Source: Heterodontus francisci
Lineage: Eukaryota
DNA: 64,000 nucleotides
Assembly: GCF_036365525.1 (NCBI RefSeq)
Contig: NC_090380.1
Coordinates: 24,268,406 to 24,332,405 of the forward strand
Reading direction: 5' to 3'
Positions within the stretch are counted from its first letter, which is position 1, and each line of letters starts with the position of its first letter. Positions 11,934 to 24,882 of the stretch are shown one piece after another. Position numbers and translations under genes: made by a program. The notes beneath the pieces were generated by a model, which was given only the letters and a program-made list of their open reading frames with translations, searched no databases and had not been told where the DNA came from.

Positions 11934-14900
11934 ACCTCAAAAGTAGTCCGCTCTGGATTGCTCCCAATGCTATGCACAAGTGAGTATAGAAATAGAAAGA
12001 GGAGACAAATGAATGCATGGCTGGAAAGATGGTGCAGGAGGGAGGGCTTTAAATTCCTGGGACATTGGGACCGGCTCTGGGGAAGATGCGATGTGTACAG
12101 GTCCGACTGAGTTGCTTGCAAGATGTTTTGCTAGTGCTGTTGGTAAGGGTTTAAACTAGTTTGGCAGGGGGATGGGGACCAGAGGGTGGACTCAGTTGCG
12201 ACAAAATCAGAAATTAAAATGGAAGGCAGAAAATTAATGGATGAGCCTAGAAGACCAAGGAAACAAAAGTTAGAAAATAAGATTTAGGTAGTGCTCAATG
12301 GTATCTATTTCAATGCAAGGAGTATAGCAAATAAAGCAGATGAGCTGAGGGCACGATGGACACGTGGCAGTATGATATCATAGCTATAGAAATGTGACTT
12401 GAGACACAGAAATGGCAGCTCAATGTTTCTGGGTACAGGGTTGTCACTCGTGATAGGGAGGGGGATAAGAAAGGAGGGGGAGTGGCAATTTTGGTCAAGG
12501 AAGCTATTACAGCTGTGTTGGAAGATTCATCAAATGAGGCCATATAGATTGAACTAAGGAACACAAAAGGGGCAATCACAATCCTGGGAATGTACTATAG
12601 ATCCCCAAACAGGCAAATGGAGATAGAAGAGCAAATATGTAAGCAAATCGAAGTGCAAGAATAATAGGGCAGGATTAGTAGGGGATTTTAACTACACCAA
12701 TATTAACGACAATTGTTTTAATGTGAAAGGAATTGAGGGACAAGAATTCAAGGTGCATTCAGAAGAACTTTTTTGGTCAGTTTATAGCAAGTCTGACAAG
12801 AGAGGGTGCAGTTTTAGGAAATGAAACTGGGCAGCTTCAATGAGTGGCAGCAGGAGAGCATTTTGGTGGTAGTGATCTTAATTCGGTCAGTTTTAACAAT
12901 TATGGAAAAGGACAGAACACTGGAGGTTAAAAGTTCTCAATTGGGGCAAGGTCAATTTTACTAAACTGAGGAGCAATTTCACAAAAGTGGACTGGAAACA
13001 GCTACTTGAAGGTAAATCAGTGTCAGAATAGTGGGAGACATTCAAAGGGGAGATTCAAGGCATTCAGAGTAAACACGCTCCCCCAAAGAAAAAGGGTGAG
13101 AAAAAGAGCCCCCAGACGTCAAGGAGCCTACAGGGTAAGATAAGGCAGAAAAGGAAAGCAGAGAACTTACTACAGAAAGCAGAGAGGAGGAATAGAAAGT
13201 GGAGGGGTGAAATCAAAAAGGAAATTAGGAAAGCAAAGAGAGGGCATGAAATATTGGCAAGCTAAAATCAAGGTGAACCCAAAGATGTTTTATCAATACA
13301 TTGAGTAAGAGGATAACTGAAGAGAGTGTAGGGCCCATAAAAGACCAAAAAGGTAACCTATGTGTACCAAGATTTTGGTATTGTTCTTAATGAATACTTT
13401 GTGTCTGTCTTCACAAAAGAGGGGGACGATGCAGGTATTGTAGTTAAGGAAGAGGGGTGTGAAGTATTGGATTTGATAAACATAGGGAGAGGAAGCATGA
13501 ATGGGATTAGCATCCTTGAAAGTTGATAAATTACCAGGACTAGATGAAATGTACCCCAGGATGTTAAAAGCAGCGAGGGGAAAAAGTGGAAGGTCTGACC
13601 ATCACTTTCCAGTCCTCACTGGATACTGGTGTGGTGCTGGAGGATTTAAAAAGGGAGCGAGGGATAGACCGAAGTAGTGGGCAAATTATTGAATCTATTC
13701 TGAGAGACAGGATGAACTATCACTTAGAAAGGCACAGGTTAATCAAGGATTGTCAGCATGGATTTGTTAAGCAACTTGATTGAATCTTTTGATGTGATCT
13801 ACATGGATTTTAGCAAGGCTTTTGACAAGATCCCACATGGCAGACTGGTGAAAAAAAATAAAATCCCATGGGATCCAGGGAATGCAACAAGGCGAATACA
13901 AAATTGGCTCAGTGGCAGGAAACAAAGGGTAATTGACAAGCTGTTTTAGCGACCGGAGGGCTGTTTCCAGTGGTGTTCCGCAGGGCTCAGTACTGGATCC
14001 CCTGCTTTTTGTGGTATATGTTAATGATTTGGATGTAAATGTAGGGGGCATGATCAAAGAGTTTGCAGATGACAGAAAGATTGGCCATGTGGTAGATAGC
14101 GAGGAGGATAGCTGAAGGCTGCAGGAAAATATTGGTCAAAAGTGCCAAATGGAATTCAACCCAGAGAAGTATGGGTTATGCAGCTGGGGAGGTCAAACAA
14201 GGCAAAGGAATACATAATTAATGGGAAAATACTGAGAAATGTAGAGGAAGTAAGGGACCTTGGCGTGAATATCCACATATCCCCTAAGGTAGCAGGACAG
14301 GTCGATAAGGTGGTTAAGAAGGCATATGGAATCCTTTCCTTTAAAGCCGAGATATAGAATACAAAAGCTGGAACTGTATAACTCATTGGAGAGAGAAGCA
14401 GAGTTAATGTTTCAGGTCAGGGACTCTTCATCAGAAAGTTCTAATGAAGGGTCACTGACTTGAAACCTTAACTCTGCTTCTCTCTCCACAGATGCTGCCA
14501 GACCTAAGTATTTCCAGCATTTGTTTTTATTTCAGATTTCCAGCATCTGCAGTACTTTGCTTTTATATTATATAACTCATTGGTTAGGTCACAGCTTGAG
14601 TACTGTGTGCAGTTCTGGTCCTCATTACAGAAAGGATGGAATTGCACTAGAGAGGGTACAGAGGAGACTTGAGGAAGTTGCCAGGACTGGAAAAATGTAA
14701 CTGAGGAAAGATTGGATAGGCTGGGGTTGTTCTCCTTGGAAGAGACAGCTGAGGGGATTTGAGTGGCCTAGATAGAGCAAAGGTGAAGGGGCTATTCAGC
14801 TTAGCAGAGAGGTCAGTGACTAGGGGGCATAGATTTAAAATGATTGGTAGAAAGATTAGAGGGACGAGGAGGAAAAGTCTTTTCACCCAGAGGGTGCTGC

Positions 14901-15097
14901 CTGAAAGGGTAGTTGAGGCAGAAACCCTCAACTCATTCAAAAGGAGTCTGATATGCACCTTAAGTGCTGTAATCTGCAGGGCTACGGACCAAATGCTTGA
15001 AGGTAGGATTAGAACGGGTGGGTCATTTTTCAGCTGGCACAGACCCATTGGGCCAAGTGGCCTCTTTCTGTGCCTTAAACTTGCTATGATTCTATGA
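11934..15097 (+). mobile_element. Long decayed CR1 LINE (ORF1 end, endonuclease, RT) nested in the retrocopy
   Basis: YMDFSKAFDKIPH, SGVPQGSVLDPLLF..FADD; 3' microsatellite gctatgattctatga at about 15083-15097. Confidence 0.85.
14390..14570. mobile_element. Head-to-head (palindromic) Penelope-derived mini-element with two hammerhead-like cores
   Basis: Inverted arms centred on ttcatcagaaagttctaatgaa; 13-bp TSD tataactcattgg (14377-14389 and 14571-14583). Confidence 0.8.
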
Positions 15098-18000
15098 AAA
15101 GCCAGGAAGTTATGTTAAACCTATATAAAACACTAGTGCAGCCCCAGCTGGAGCATTATATCCAATTCTGGGCACTGCACTTTAGAAAGGACATGAAGGT
15201 TTTGGAGAGATTAGTTATCTGGATAGATAGGAGGAGGTGGTGTTGTTCTGCTTAGAGCAAAGGCAGCCAAGAGGAAATTTGATGAGATGTTTAAAATCAT
15301 GAGTTTGGATAGAGTGAATAAAGAGAAACTGTTTCCAATGCTGATGGGTTGATAACTAGAGGGCTCAGATTTAAGGTGACTGGCAAAGAACCAAGAAAAA
15401 CCTCTATGCATCGAGTGGTTCAAATTTGAAATATACTGTTTGATAGAGTGGTGAATGTAAATTCAATAGCCTTCAAAAGGGAATCTGATAAATATTGAGG
15501 AAACATTTATAGGGGCACAGGGAAGAGCAGGGGAGTGAGACCAGCCAGATTGTTCTTTGAAAGAATTGTTGCAGACTCAATGGGCTGAATGGTCTCCTGT
15601 ACTGTACTATTCTAATACACCATTAAAAATTACAGCTCATTCAACAAGGCTCAACATTTGATAGCTTTTATAGCAAAAATACTGCATAAAGAGTTGAAGT
15701 GCAGGTCAGATCACAGGCACTGACAATTTCATTATAGTTATAACTACAAATTCCAGGCTTTTTTTCCCCCAAAATTCTTTGAGCCACCACAGATCAGGTC
15801 AGTTACCATGCAATTTGTGGAAAATCCACCAATTAAAAAAAATTCAACTTGTTCGAATCTTCCTTCAAAAAACTTTGATTTACTATTTTTCTTAAATGTA
15901 AATGTTATGGGTTCAATAAAGCTAATTCAGATAATAAAATTGTATTGTGTAGTTTTGAGCATTTTCATTAAAGGGCCCAGCCTCCAAAGTCTCAAGTTGA
16001 CACTGTTGCCATAGTGCTTAGTTAAATCTGTTTCATGCAGTATATCTGAGTACATCAGTATGATTCTGTTGTGAACATATCTTTCAGCTACTAACAGTAT
16101 TTATCTGTTTTTCAAACAAGCCTTGATAAAGCTTTGAAATTTAAAAAAATGAAAAACAGTTTTTTTTAAAAATTTCAAATACAGTCTGGATGAGTGAGGT
16201 GGGCATAGACAATCAGGTGTGATGAGCAATTTGCTCCATTTACAGTTGCAATGCAAAACAGTTTGTAAAAAGGATTAAAATTTGGAAATTTTTCGTCAAA
16301 TCTATTTTCCAAAGGCTAAAAACCAAGTCATACTGTAGTATGGTTTCAGTTTCTTCAAATATTTGAAAAGGGGCTACAAGATACATGGTAAATAATTCTG
16401 TAAATGATGGCACCTTGGGCTAATGTGGTTCATGTTCCCATCTTTCTGTAAAAGCCAAGATAAAATTAAACACAAGACAAATATAAATCAAACCAAATTT
16501 GCAGTTTTCACAAATAGAATTCTGGTTTTTGATCCGCAAAACAGTGAAAATCTCAATATCATGTAATGAGCACACAATGTTATTTATTCAGTCACCAGAA
16601 ATCAGTAAAATAAAAACAAAATATGACTGTTCTAATAAAAAGGTCACAGACCTGAAACGTTCATTGTTTCTCTCTCCACAGATGCTGCCAGAGCAGAGTT
16701 TTTATACCAGAAATTAGCAGTCGGTAATGCATTTTGCCAGAACGCCTGTATAAACCTGTGTACCTTCAGACTGATTCACCGTTAAGCAATGCCATGAGAT
16801 CTGCTAGCAATACTATAAAATCTTAAATGTATTCATATTTCCTGTCCATCGCTCCTCAGATGGTCATCACATTTCAGACAGTGATGCAATTTGTCACATT
16901 TAGCCTATTTGTCCTAGTAAAATTAACTTGCCAATACCTGATGTAAATTTGTGTTTGAAATTCAATTTAAATTTCTTCCATCTAATTAGCTAAGCAAATG
17001 CTTTGACTTGGTTTTATTATATAAATTAGGGAAGCCATATACAAATATTTCAGAAATCATTCAAATCTGAAAAAAAATTCCTGCCATTATCATCCCTCAA
17101 TTTACCAATATCTCTTCAAAGGATTTTGAATGTTCTATTTATTCTACCAGATCAAAACCAGAATTCATTGGAGAGGATTCTCTGCTTGGACCCCTGGGCT
17201 TGTTACTTTTACCGAGATATTGGGCAGGTAAAGGCATGTTATAGACAGGTGAAGTATGACAAGGTTGGTTTCCCCTTTCTCACCCCTCAACTGACCAACA
17301 GCGTTTTTTTTTTAAAAGTTTTAACCCGAGTGTTTTAATAGTCAACAGACAAATGACGTTTAAGTTTAAAGATAAATGTTTATTATACAATACCCCAAAA
17401 TATTACACCATTTCACCCACTCTAATATGCATACAGATACACAAGAGGTAGAGATAAAAACGTATGTGTTAGGGTCAGATGGTTAACAGTGCATTCTAAA
17501 ACATGCTTGAAGAAAACTCAAATGTTCAGGACAACAGATGTGTTGTAGTCTTCTCTAGTTATGTTACAGTTCAATTGTGAAAGCCTGCTACAATTTCTCA
17601 GGTTGGGAGATGTTCTGAGGCCAACTCTAGTTTCTGCTTACATGTATTTTTTGATGGAGATTTTAAAGCAGGGTCCTTCTTCACTGGTAACAGATGGAAT
17701 CCTCAATTTTGAACTGAATTAAAACTGAAATTCCAAAATGAATTAAACCAACACTGATTCTGCTCCAATTGTTCCATACTGCACTGCTACTTCACTTGGA
17801 CGCCTCAAGTCTGTTTGGATTTTTTTATATAAACAGTTTTACATTATACAGTTTAAAATCTTTCCTGTGAGACAAGCACATTCTGGATCGTGGGGCCTTA
17901 TGGCACATTTGTAGCACTGAATAGAAAGAAAAAGGTGCATAAAACTCAAATATAACACTTCATTCTAATTTGGTTCGGCCTTTCCTTGTTTGCAATGGTC

Positions 18001-19999
18001 ATTGTTTGGCACTTACGTAGGTTGAATATTACTTATGCCCAAGTGTAAATCACATGAATATTAAATGTGAGCACAGCATTGAGCCCATGGGCTGGACTGC
18101 CATCAGCTCTTGTCCAATCCAAGCTACATTCTGTTTCCTGTCTGTTATCCAACTTTCCATTCATGTGCAACCTTTCTTCTTATACCATAAGCCTGAATCT
18201 TTGCAACAAGCTGAGACACCTAAGCAAATGCCTTCTGAAAATATATACTTAACATTAGCTGATTTACAATCACTTTTTGAAGGACTAAGTAAATTTGTTA
18301 ACCACAAGTTACCATGTATCTCTAGAATAATTTAAAGTAAAACTGTTGACTAAAGCATTTGCTCACAACAGATATTAAACTGGCTAGACAATAGCCCAAA
18401 TTATTCTCTCGCCTGCACTTCAGTATTCACAGCAGGATTCCAATCTAGCTGAGGAAAAACACCAAAAGTTTAGCACTTTTGACATTGCTCCTTTTGAACT
18501 AATTTCCTAAATAGAAATGGGCTCACCAAGCCATCTCCGTATATGGCTTGTTACTGACTTTGTTATGAATCAGTTGAATCCTGCAGGTTGATTTAGGGCT
18601 CCTGTGCTGTGCTAAGCTCTCTAGCTTAGACAGAGCCATTAGCATCTGAAAAAGTGTAGTTTTCCTTAAAATGATTGTATTATGAAGTCAAGTGTGCAGT
18701 ACCAAAAAGCATCACCACTTTTGTTCTGACTGCAGGTCCCACCTTCTCGTTGAAACTCGACCAGCCAGTAGTTTGAATTCTTCAGTTTACCGAATATATT
18801 GTTGTAGATAACACAACTTGACCTTTTTCAATGGAATGACTTCTGGGAATGCAGCGTTGGTTTTACTGATGAGCGTAGCACCCATCTGCTATTAGAGTCA
18901 GTGGCAGCCAGACTTTTCCCCACCCATATGAATTCCAGAGGCTCTTTGTATCCAAGATGGATGTTGCGTGTCCAGGGACAAAAAATATTACTCTATGTAG
19001 AAAAAAAAAGTTGTCCAAAAGGAGGGGCATGGAGAGCTTGACACAATGCAAGTAACAATGGGAGTAATTATAAAATGCTTAGATGTTTTTAAAATGCACA
19101 ATACCTCATCAAAAACACTTGTTCAAGTCTTAAAAAGGAGACAGGACTTTAGTGAAGCTTCAAAACAAATTGAGGGGATCCTAAGGAATGGCACGTGACT
19201 GGCACACAAAAGTCAAGAAATACTTGGAAACTTTAGCATTATGCAAAGTTTTGAATGAGATTGATTTTTGGAAAGAGAGCAACATTGGTGAAGCAATATT
19301 TGCTACCCATTCCTAATTTCCCACTGCAGCAAGAGTCAACCATATGGTGTCAGACTGGAGTCACAGGCCCATAAGGAAAGCAGGTTCCCTTCCCATTGGG
19401 TGTTTACAACAATTTGACAGCTTTCATTCCAGCCCACAAATTATCAAGATTTATTGAATTCAATTTTCATGCCAGTCCTGCATAGCAACAAGGATACTGT
19501 ACTAATTGTGCATAATTGAAACTTTTAGAAAAGCTTTGGGGATGTCAAAATTGGACAAACATTTTTCCTTCTAGTTTTTGCCGTCTCTTCCAAGTTGCTG
19601 TACCACTAACAGGGGTGGGGAAAGGGTACTGATGGTGCACATTAGCTACACCATAGCTGGTTAGGGCAACCTTGACACCAAATATCTTATTAATGTTCTG
19701 AAGATTTAAAATAAAGCATTTGTTTAAAAAAAGTCAACATGAACTTAGAAAATAGTTAATTAACCCGCTAGCTTCCCTTGACCCCAAAAAAGGGAGATGG
19801 TGGATAAATATATTGCTGTATGCAATTTCTCTAAGATTTTCAGAAAGCTTTTGCTAGTATTGTTAGTGACTTGTGGTGAAGGTGTCATGGAATAGAAAGT
19901 AAAGTACTCAGCAAAAAAATGTAATGAAAACAGAAGGTTGTAATATTTGGGGACTAACTGCAAAAAAGTAATGAAGCAGCAATAATTAGTAATGTCGCA

Positions 20000-22130
20000 A
20001 GATGATCCACTGGTAAATAGTGATCATACCATTAAATTCCATGTGAAGTTTGAAAGTGACATACTCCAATCACAAACAAGAATCTAAACTTAAAGCCAAT
20101 TACATAGGTATGAGGGGAGAAATGGCTACAGTAAATTGGCTAAATAGACTAAAAGGTATGGTGATAAATGAACAGTGAGAAACCTTGAATAAAAATTCAA
20201 AATGTTCAACAAAAATACATTCCATTGAAAGATAAAAACTCAAGCAAGACACATCTGTGATTCAGTCAGGAAGTTAAGGAAAGTATTGAGTAAAAGAGAC
20301 TTACAATGTTGTAAAAGAGTAACAAGTCTGAGCATTGAAAGTATATTAGAAACCAAAAGGGCCACCAAAAATGATAGAGAAAAAGGTAAACTAGCCAGTA
20401 ATATAAAAATATATAAAAAGATTGCAAGAGCTTTAAGTATAAAAAAAAAGGGAGTAGCTAAAGTAAACATTGGTCCCTTAGAAGCAGAAACAGGAAAAAT
20501 CATGGAGAATGAAGAAATGGCAGAGGCATTGAACAAATATTTTGTGTCCATCGTCACAGTAGAAGAGAAGTTTAATACTAGAAACGACAGCAAAAAGCGA
20601 GGAAGTTAAGGAAATATCAGCAGAGTAAAAGTATTGGAGAAACTCAAGGGACTAAAATCTGAAGGCCTACAGCTTAGGGTTCTAAAAGACAGCTGCAGAG
20701 ATAGTGGATATGCTAGCTGGATTCTACAAAATTCCTCAGATTTGGGAACGGTCCTATCAGATTGGATGTTGACAAATGTTTCCCTCCTTTCTTGAAAAGC
20801 GGTCTAAGAGACAACATAGCCTGTTAGCCTGTCAGTTGTTGGGGAAAATGCTGGAATTTAATCAACAAGTCTCAACAATACACTTAGAAAAGCACAGTAT
20901 AATCAGAACAAGTCAACATGGTTTTACTGAAGAGAAATCCTGTTTGACAAATTTATTAGAAAATAACTAGTAGGGTAGAAGAACCAGATGTTGTTTATCT
21001 GGATTTCAAAAGGCATTCGACAAGGTGCCACATAAAAGATTAATAGGCAAGATAAGGGCACATGGAGTCAGGGGTAATATATTAGCATGGAGGTGGGTTT
21101 GGCTAACAGACAGGTAGCAGAGTGGGCAGAAATAGGACATTTTCAAGTTGGCCAGCAGTGAATAGTGGAATGCCACAAGATCAGTGCTGGAGCCTCGGCT
21201 GTTTCCAGTCTATATTAATGACTTAGATGAAGACAGAGGAATGAATCTAAGTTTGATGATACAAAGGGAGGTGGAAATATAAACGGTAGGGAAGACACAG
21301 AGGCTGCAAAGAGATAGACAGATTAAGTGAGTGGGCAACAAGATGGCAGATCGAGTATAGTCTAGGGAAAGAAGGGTGAAGTTATTCACTTTGGTTGCAA
21401 TAGAAAATAAAAAAAATTTTTAAAGCTGTGAAACTGGTATGTGATACTCAGACTGGGGTGTGCTTGTACAAGAAATGCAGAAAGTTAGCATGCAGGTGCA
21501 GCAAGCAATTGGAAGGCAAGTGGCATGTTGGCCTTTATTGCAAGTGGATTGGAGTACAGGAATGAAGTCTTGCTACAATGGTACAGGATTTTGGTGAGAC
21601 CACTTCGAGAGTACTGTGCACAGTTTTGGTTTCCACATTTAAGAAAGGATATACTTGCACTGGAGGCAGTAACAGCATAAGTTCACAGCTGGTTCCTGGG
21701 ATGACTAGCTGAGTAAATTGGGCCTATATTCTCTGGGGTTTAGAAGAATGAGTGGCTATCACATTGAAACATACGAGATTCTGAAGGGGCTGGATAGGTT
21801 AAATGCTGAGAGATTGTTTCCACTGGTCGAGGAATCAAACTTGGGGCACAGTCTCAGGATAAGAGGCCGATCATTTAGGACTCGGATGACAAGAAATTAC
21901 TTCACTGAGGGTTGAGTGTTTATGGAATTCTCTACCCCAGAAGAGTATGGATGTTCCATCATTGAATACATTTGAGGCTGGGATAGACAGATTTTATGTC
22001 TCAGGAAATCAAGGATATGGCGAGCAGGCAGGGAAGTGAAGTTGAAACCCAAGATCAGCCATAATCATATTGAATGGCAATCAGGCTTGATGGGCCATAA
22101 GGTTTATTCCTGCTCATATTTCTTGTGTTC
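20000..22130 (+). mobile_element. Decayed CR1 LINE
   Basis: ENEEMAEALNKYF, SQHGFTEEKSCLTNLLE, GLYSLGFRR..GHSLRIRG fragments; 3' end at about 22130. Confidence 0.8.
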
Positions 22131-22681
22131 TCAGAAGAGAGAAAAAGTTCAACAACTGGTTTTGGAACAGTTTCTACTTTAAAGTGGTCCTGTAGCCAGA
22201 AATCACTAATGTTTGTACAGAATATAAAAGTAGAGTAGACATGCCAAATCATTAAGACGTCAGCCAGGTTTTCAAAGTTTTTTTCAAGTAAGTGGACCAA
22301 CAGGTTGAAAATATTGTTTAATTCCCCATAATTTTTCCTAAATTAGGAGAGAGACTTTCCCCAAGAGGTTGGGGTGGGGGGGGGGTGGGGGGGGTGGAAA
22401 GAGGGGGAAAAGAGGTGGTGCATGTGAACTGAACTATGTCTAATTTGACAATACTTGATGGACCACTTGGTCCTTTCCTCCTTTTGTCAAATTAATTGTG
22501 AAGGCAAGGCATGTGGGTGGAATACATCATTGGAGAGATCCATAGCATATAGTGGAAAAATCCAGAACAGTAGGTAAAGCTTCAATGAAAAAATGAACAG
22601 GTAATCTATTAGGCTGCATTAGCATAATGATATTGCAAAATTACTGTGCAAGGTGTTTGTCAGGAACCACCTAAACCAGTA

Positions 22682-23560
22682 CAAAAGCAAAATACTGCAG
22701 ATGCTGAAAATGAACAGAAATTGCTAAAATACTCAGGTCAGACAGCATGTGAGGAACAGTTAACACTTCAAGTTGATTGTCAGAAACAGGAAAAATGTGA
22801 TGTAACAGTTTTAACCAACTATAGAGGCAGGGAAAGGGAAGACAGACAACAAAGGGAAGGTCTGTGATAGGGTGGAAGGCAGGGGAAATTAAGTGACAAA
22901 AGGGATGATGGTCTAAGGCAAAAGCTGGTAATGGAACCAAAAAAAGGGTAGAAGTTATAATCTGAAATTGAACTCAAATGTTGAGTCCAGAAGGCTGTAA
23001 AGTGCTTAACCAAAAAATGAGGTGCTTTCCGAGCTTACATTGAGCTTCATTGGAACACTGTAAAAGGCAAAGGACGGAATGGACAGAAAGGGAATGGGGT
23101 GGAGAATTAAAAACAACAAGCAACCAGAAGTTCAGGGTCAGGCTTGCAGATTTAACAGGTATTCTGCAAAGTGGTCACCCAATCCACTCTCCCTAACAGA
23201 GGAGACTGCATCATGAGCAACGATCATGATATACTAAATTGAAAAGTACAAGTAAATCACTTTCACTTTCAAGGAGCATTTGGAAGGGAGAAGATAAATG
23301 GGCAGATGTTGCATCTCCTGCACTTGCATGGGAGGTATCATAGGAAAGGGAAGGTGATTGAGGATTGGTCCAAGCGGAGTTACGTAGGAATGCTGAAAGG
23401 AGGGAAAGATGTGTTGAGGGTAGCATCATGCTGGAGGTAATGAAAAATGATCCGTTGAATATGGAGGCCGATAGGGCAGAAGGTGAGGACAAGGGAAATC
23501 TTATTGTGATTCTAAGAGAGGGGAGTGGAAGGGACAAGAGCAAGAGTGTGGAAAATGGAA
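22682..23560 (-). mobile_element. Decayed Penelope-like element fragment
   Basis: Same terminal repeat (aaaagcaaaatactgcagatgctg) and GIY-YIG-region similarity as 9402-10200. Confidence 0.65.
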
Positions 23561-24412
23561 CACTCCATCTGAATCACACCGTTCAAAACTTCTGTTCAAA
23601 CAGAGCTGAGCTTCAATCCCCACTTTGCGTTAATTACCAAGAATACTTGGCTCCAGAACATCCTCTGCCACCTCAAAATCTGATTTCTCCACAATAGCTG
23701 TCCCATCCTTGATAATTCCAACCTGTCCAAAATGTAGTTGCTCACATCCCACACTAGGCACTGCATGTCCTACCCTCCCTGCCAAATACAGTCCTTGCTG
23801 ACCTATACCAGTCACCCAATGAATAGGGAATTTGAAATCCTAATCTTCAAGTACTGCACTCCCTCATCCCACCTTACCTCTGCAACTCCCTCCAGTCTGA
23901 TTACCTCCTGTTAAATCTTCAGATTTCTTCACATTCCCACTCACTTCTCCCCACGACTGGTACCACCTTCAATCGTCCTGGCTGCTTTCTGAAACCTCCT
24001 TCCTAAACGTTTGTGCCTTTACATTAAGAAATTTTCCCAAAATCCATCTTTTGGCCAGCCATCCTAATAGGTCAGTGACTAAGTGTCAGTTCCTCCATTT
24101 ATGAAATGCGTCAAGATGTCTGCCAATAAATAAATTAAGTGTACTGTGCGCAGTGCTGTTCACCTTATCACAAAGAATATTACTGACTCCCCCTGAAGAC
24201 ATCTGGGTCTTGCACTCTGGAGTCTCCTCCTTAAAGCTCTCTTTAAAATCATCCTTAAAAATCAACCTCTGACCAAGCTTTGAGTCACCTCTCCCAATAT
24301 CTCAGCACCTGTTTCTGGCTGCTTACACTGAAGCCCCTTGGGATGTTTCTCCATGTTAAAAGGTGTTATGCAAATTCAAGTTGTTGTACATCTCAGAACA
24401 ATTTTAAAAGAT

Positions 24413-24418
24413 TTTATT
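24413..24418 (-). terminator. Candidate ITM2B polyadenylation signal AATAAA
   Basis: tttatt on the plus strand, about 465 nt downstream of the stop codon, at the end of unique AT-rich 3'UTR-like sequence. Confidence 0.5.
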
Positions 24419-24882
24419 TTGTTACTTTTTACCTTACACAGGTTATATACACAAAATCAGCATGGATTTACCATATCATACCATGTTCTCTTATCTCCCA
24501 CCCCATGTTTTAGTATATAGATTAATACAGCAGGTACTTGAAATGAAAAAATAAAGAGAAAATCTCCAGTTTCTTCCCACCTAGGGAAAGAAAAAGTTAA
24601 TTGTAGTGTATTAAATTCCAGTCGAATATAGCCCACTATTGAAATCAGTAAAAATCTTGCTGTTAGCCTTTTCTCACAAGCTATTATTGCACCTTTAAAA
24701 AGTCTGCTTGCATCTTATACTTCCAATAGTACTTAAGCTGAGATGAAAATTGCAGATGTACAAAATAAACCCTGTTTATATCACTATGTTTAAAAAAAGA
24801 TAAATGCATTGCACACCAAGGGGGAAAAAAAAAAGTGATTTTCTGGGCTCAGCACAGAGCCTGGACTGGTTGTCTTCAGCAA

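Larger units (their letters stand above)
10804..15617 (+). pseudogene. Semi-processed ITM2B retrocopy: end of exon 1, exon 2, start of intron 2 and the intronic CR1, interrupted by later insertions
   Basis: ATCCCCGAGAAA|GATCCAGAGGATGTT (10804-10830) is the exon1/exon2 junction. 10816-10934 matches exon 2; 10935-11172 and 11581-11690 match intron 2 (42132 to 41790); 11690-11933 and 15098-15615 match the intronic CR1 (39680 to 38975). CACCAT at both ends. Confidence 0.85.
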
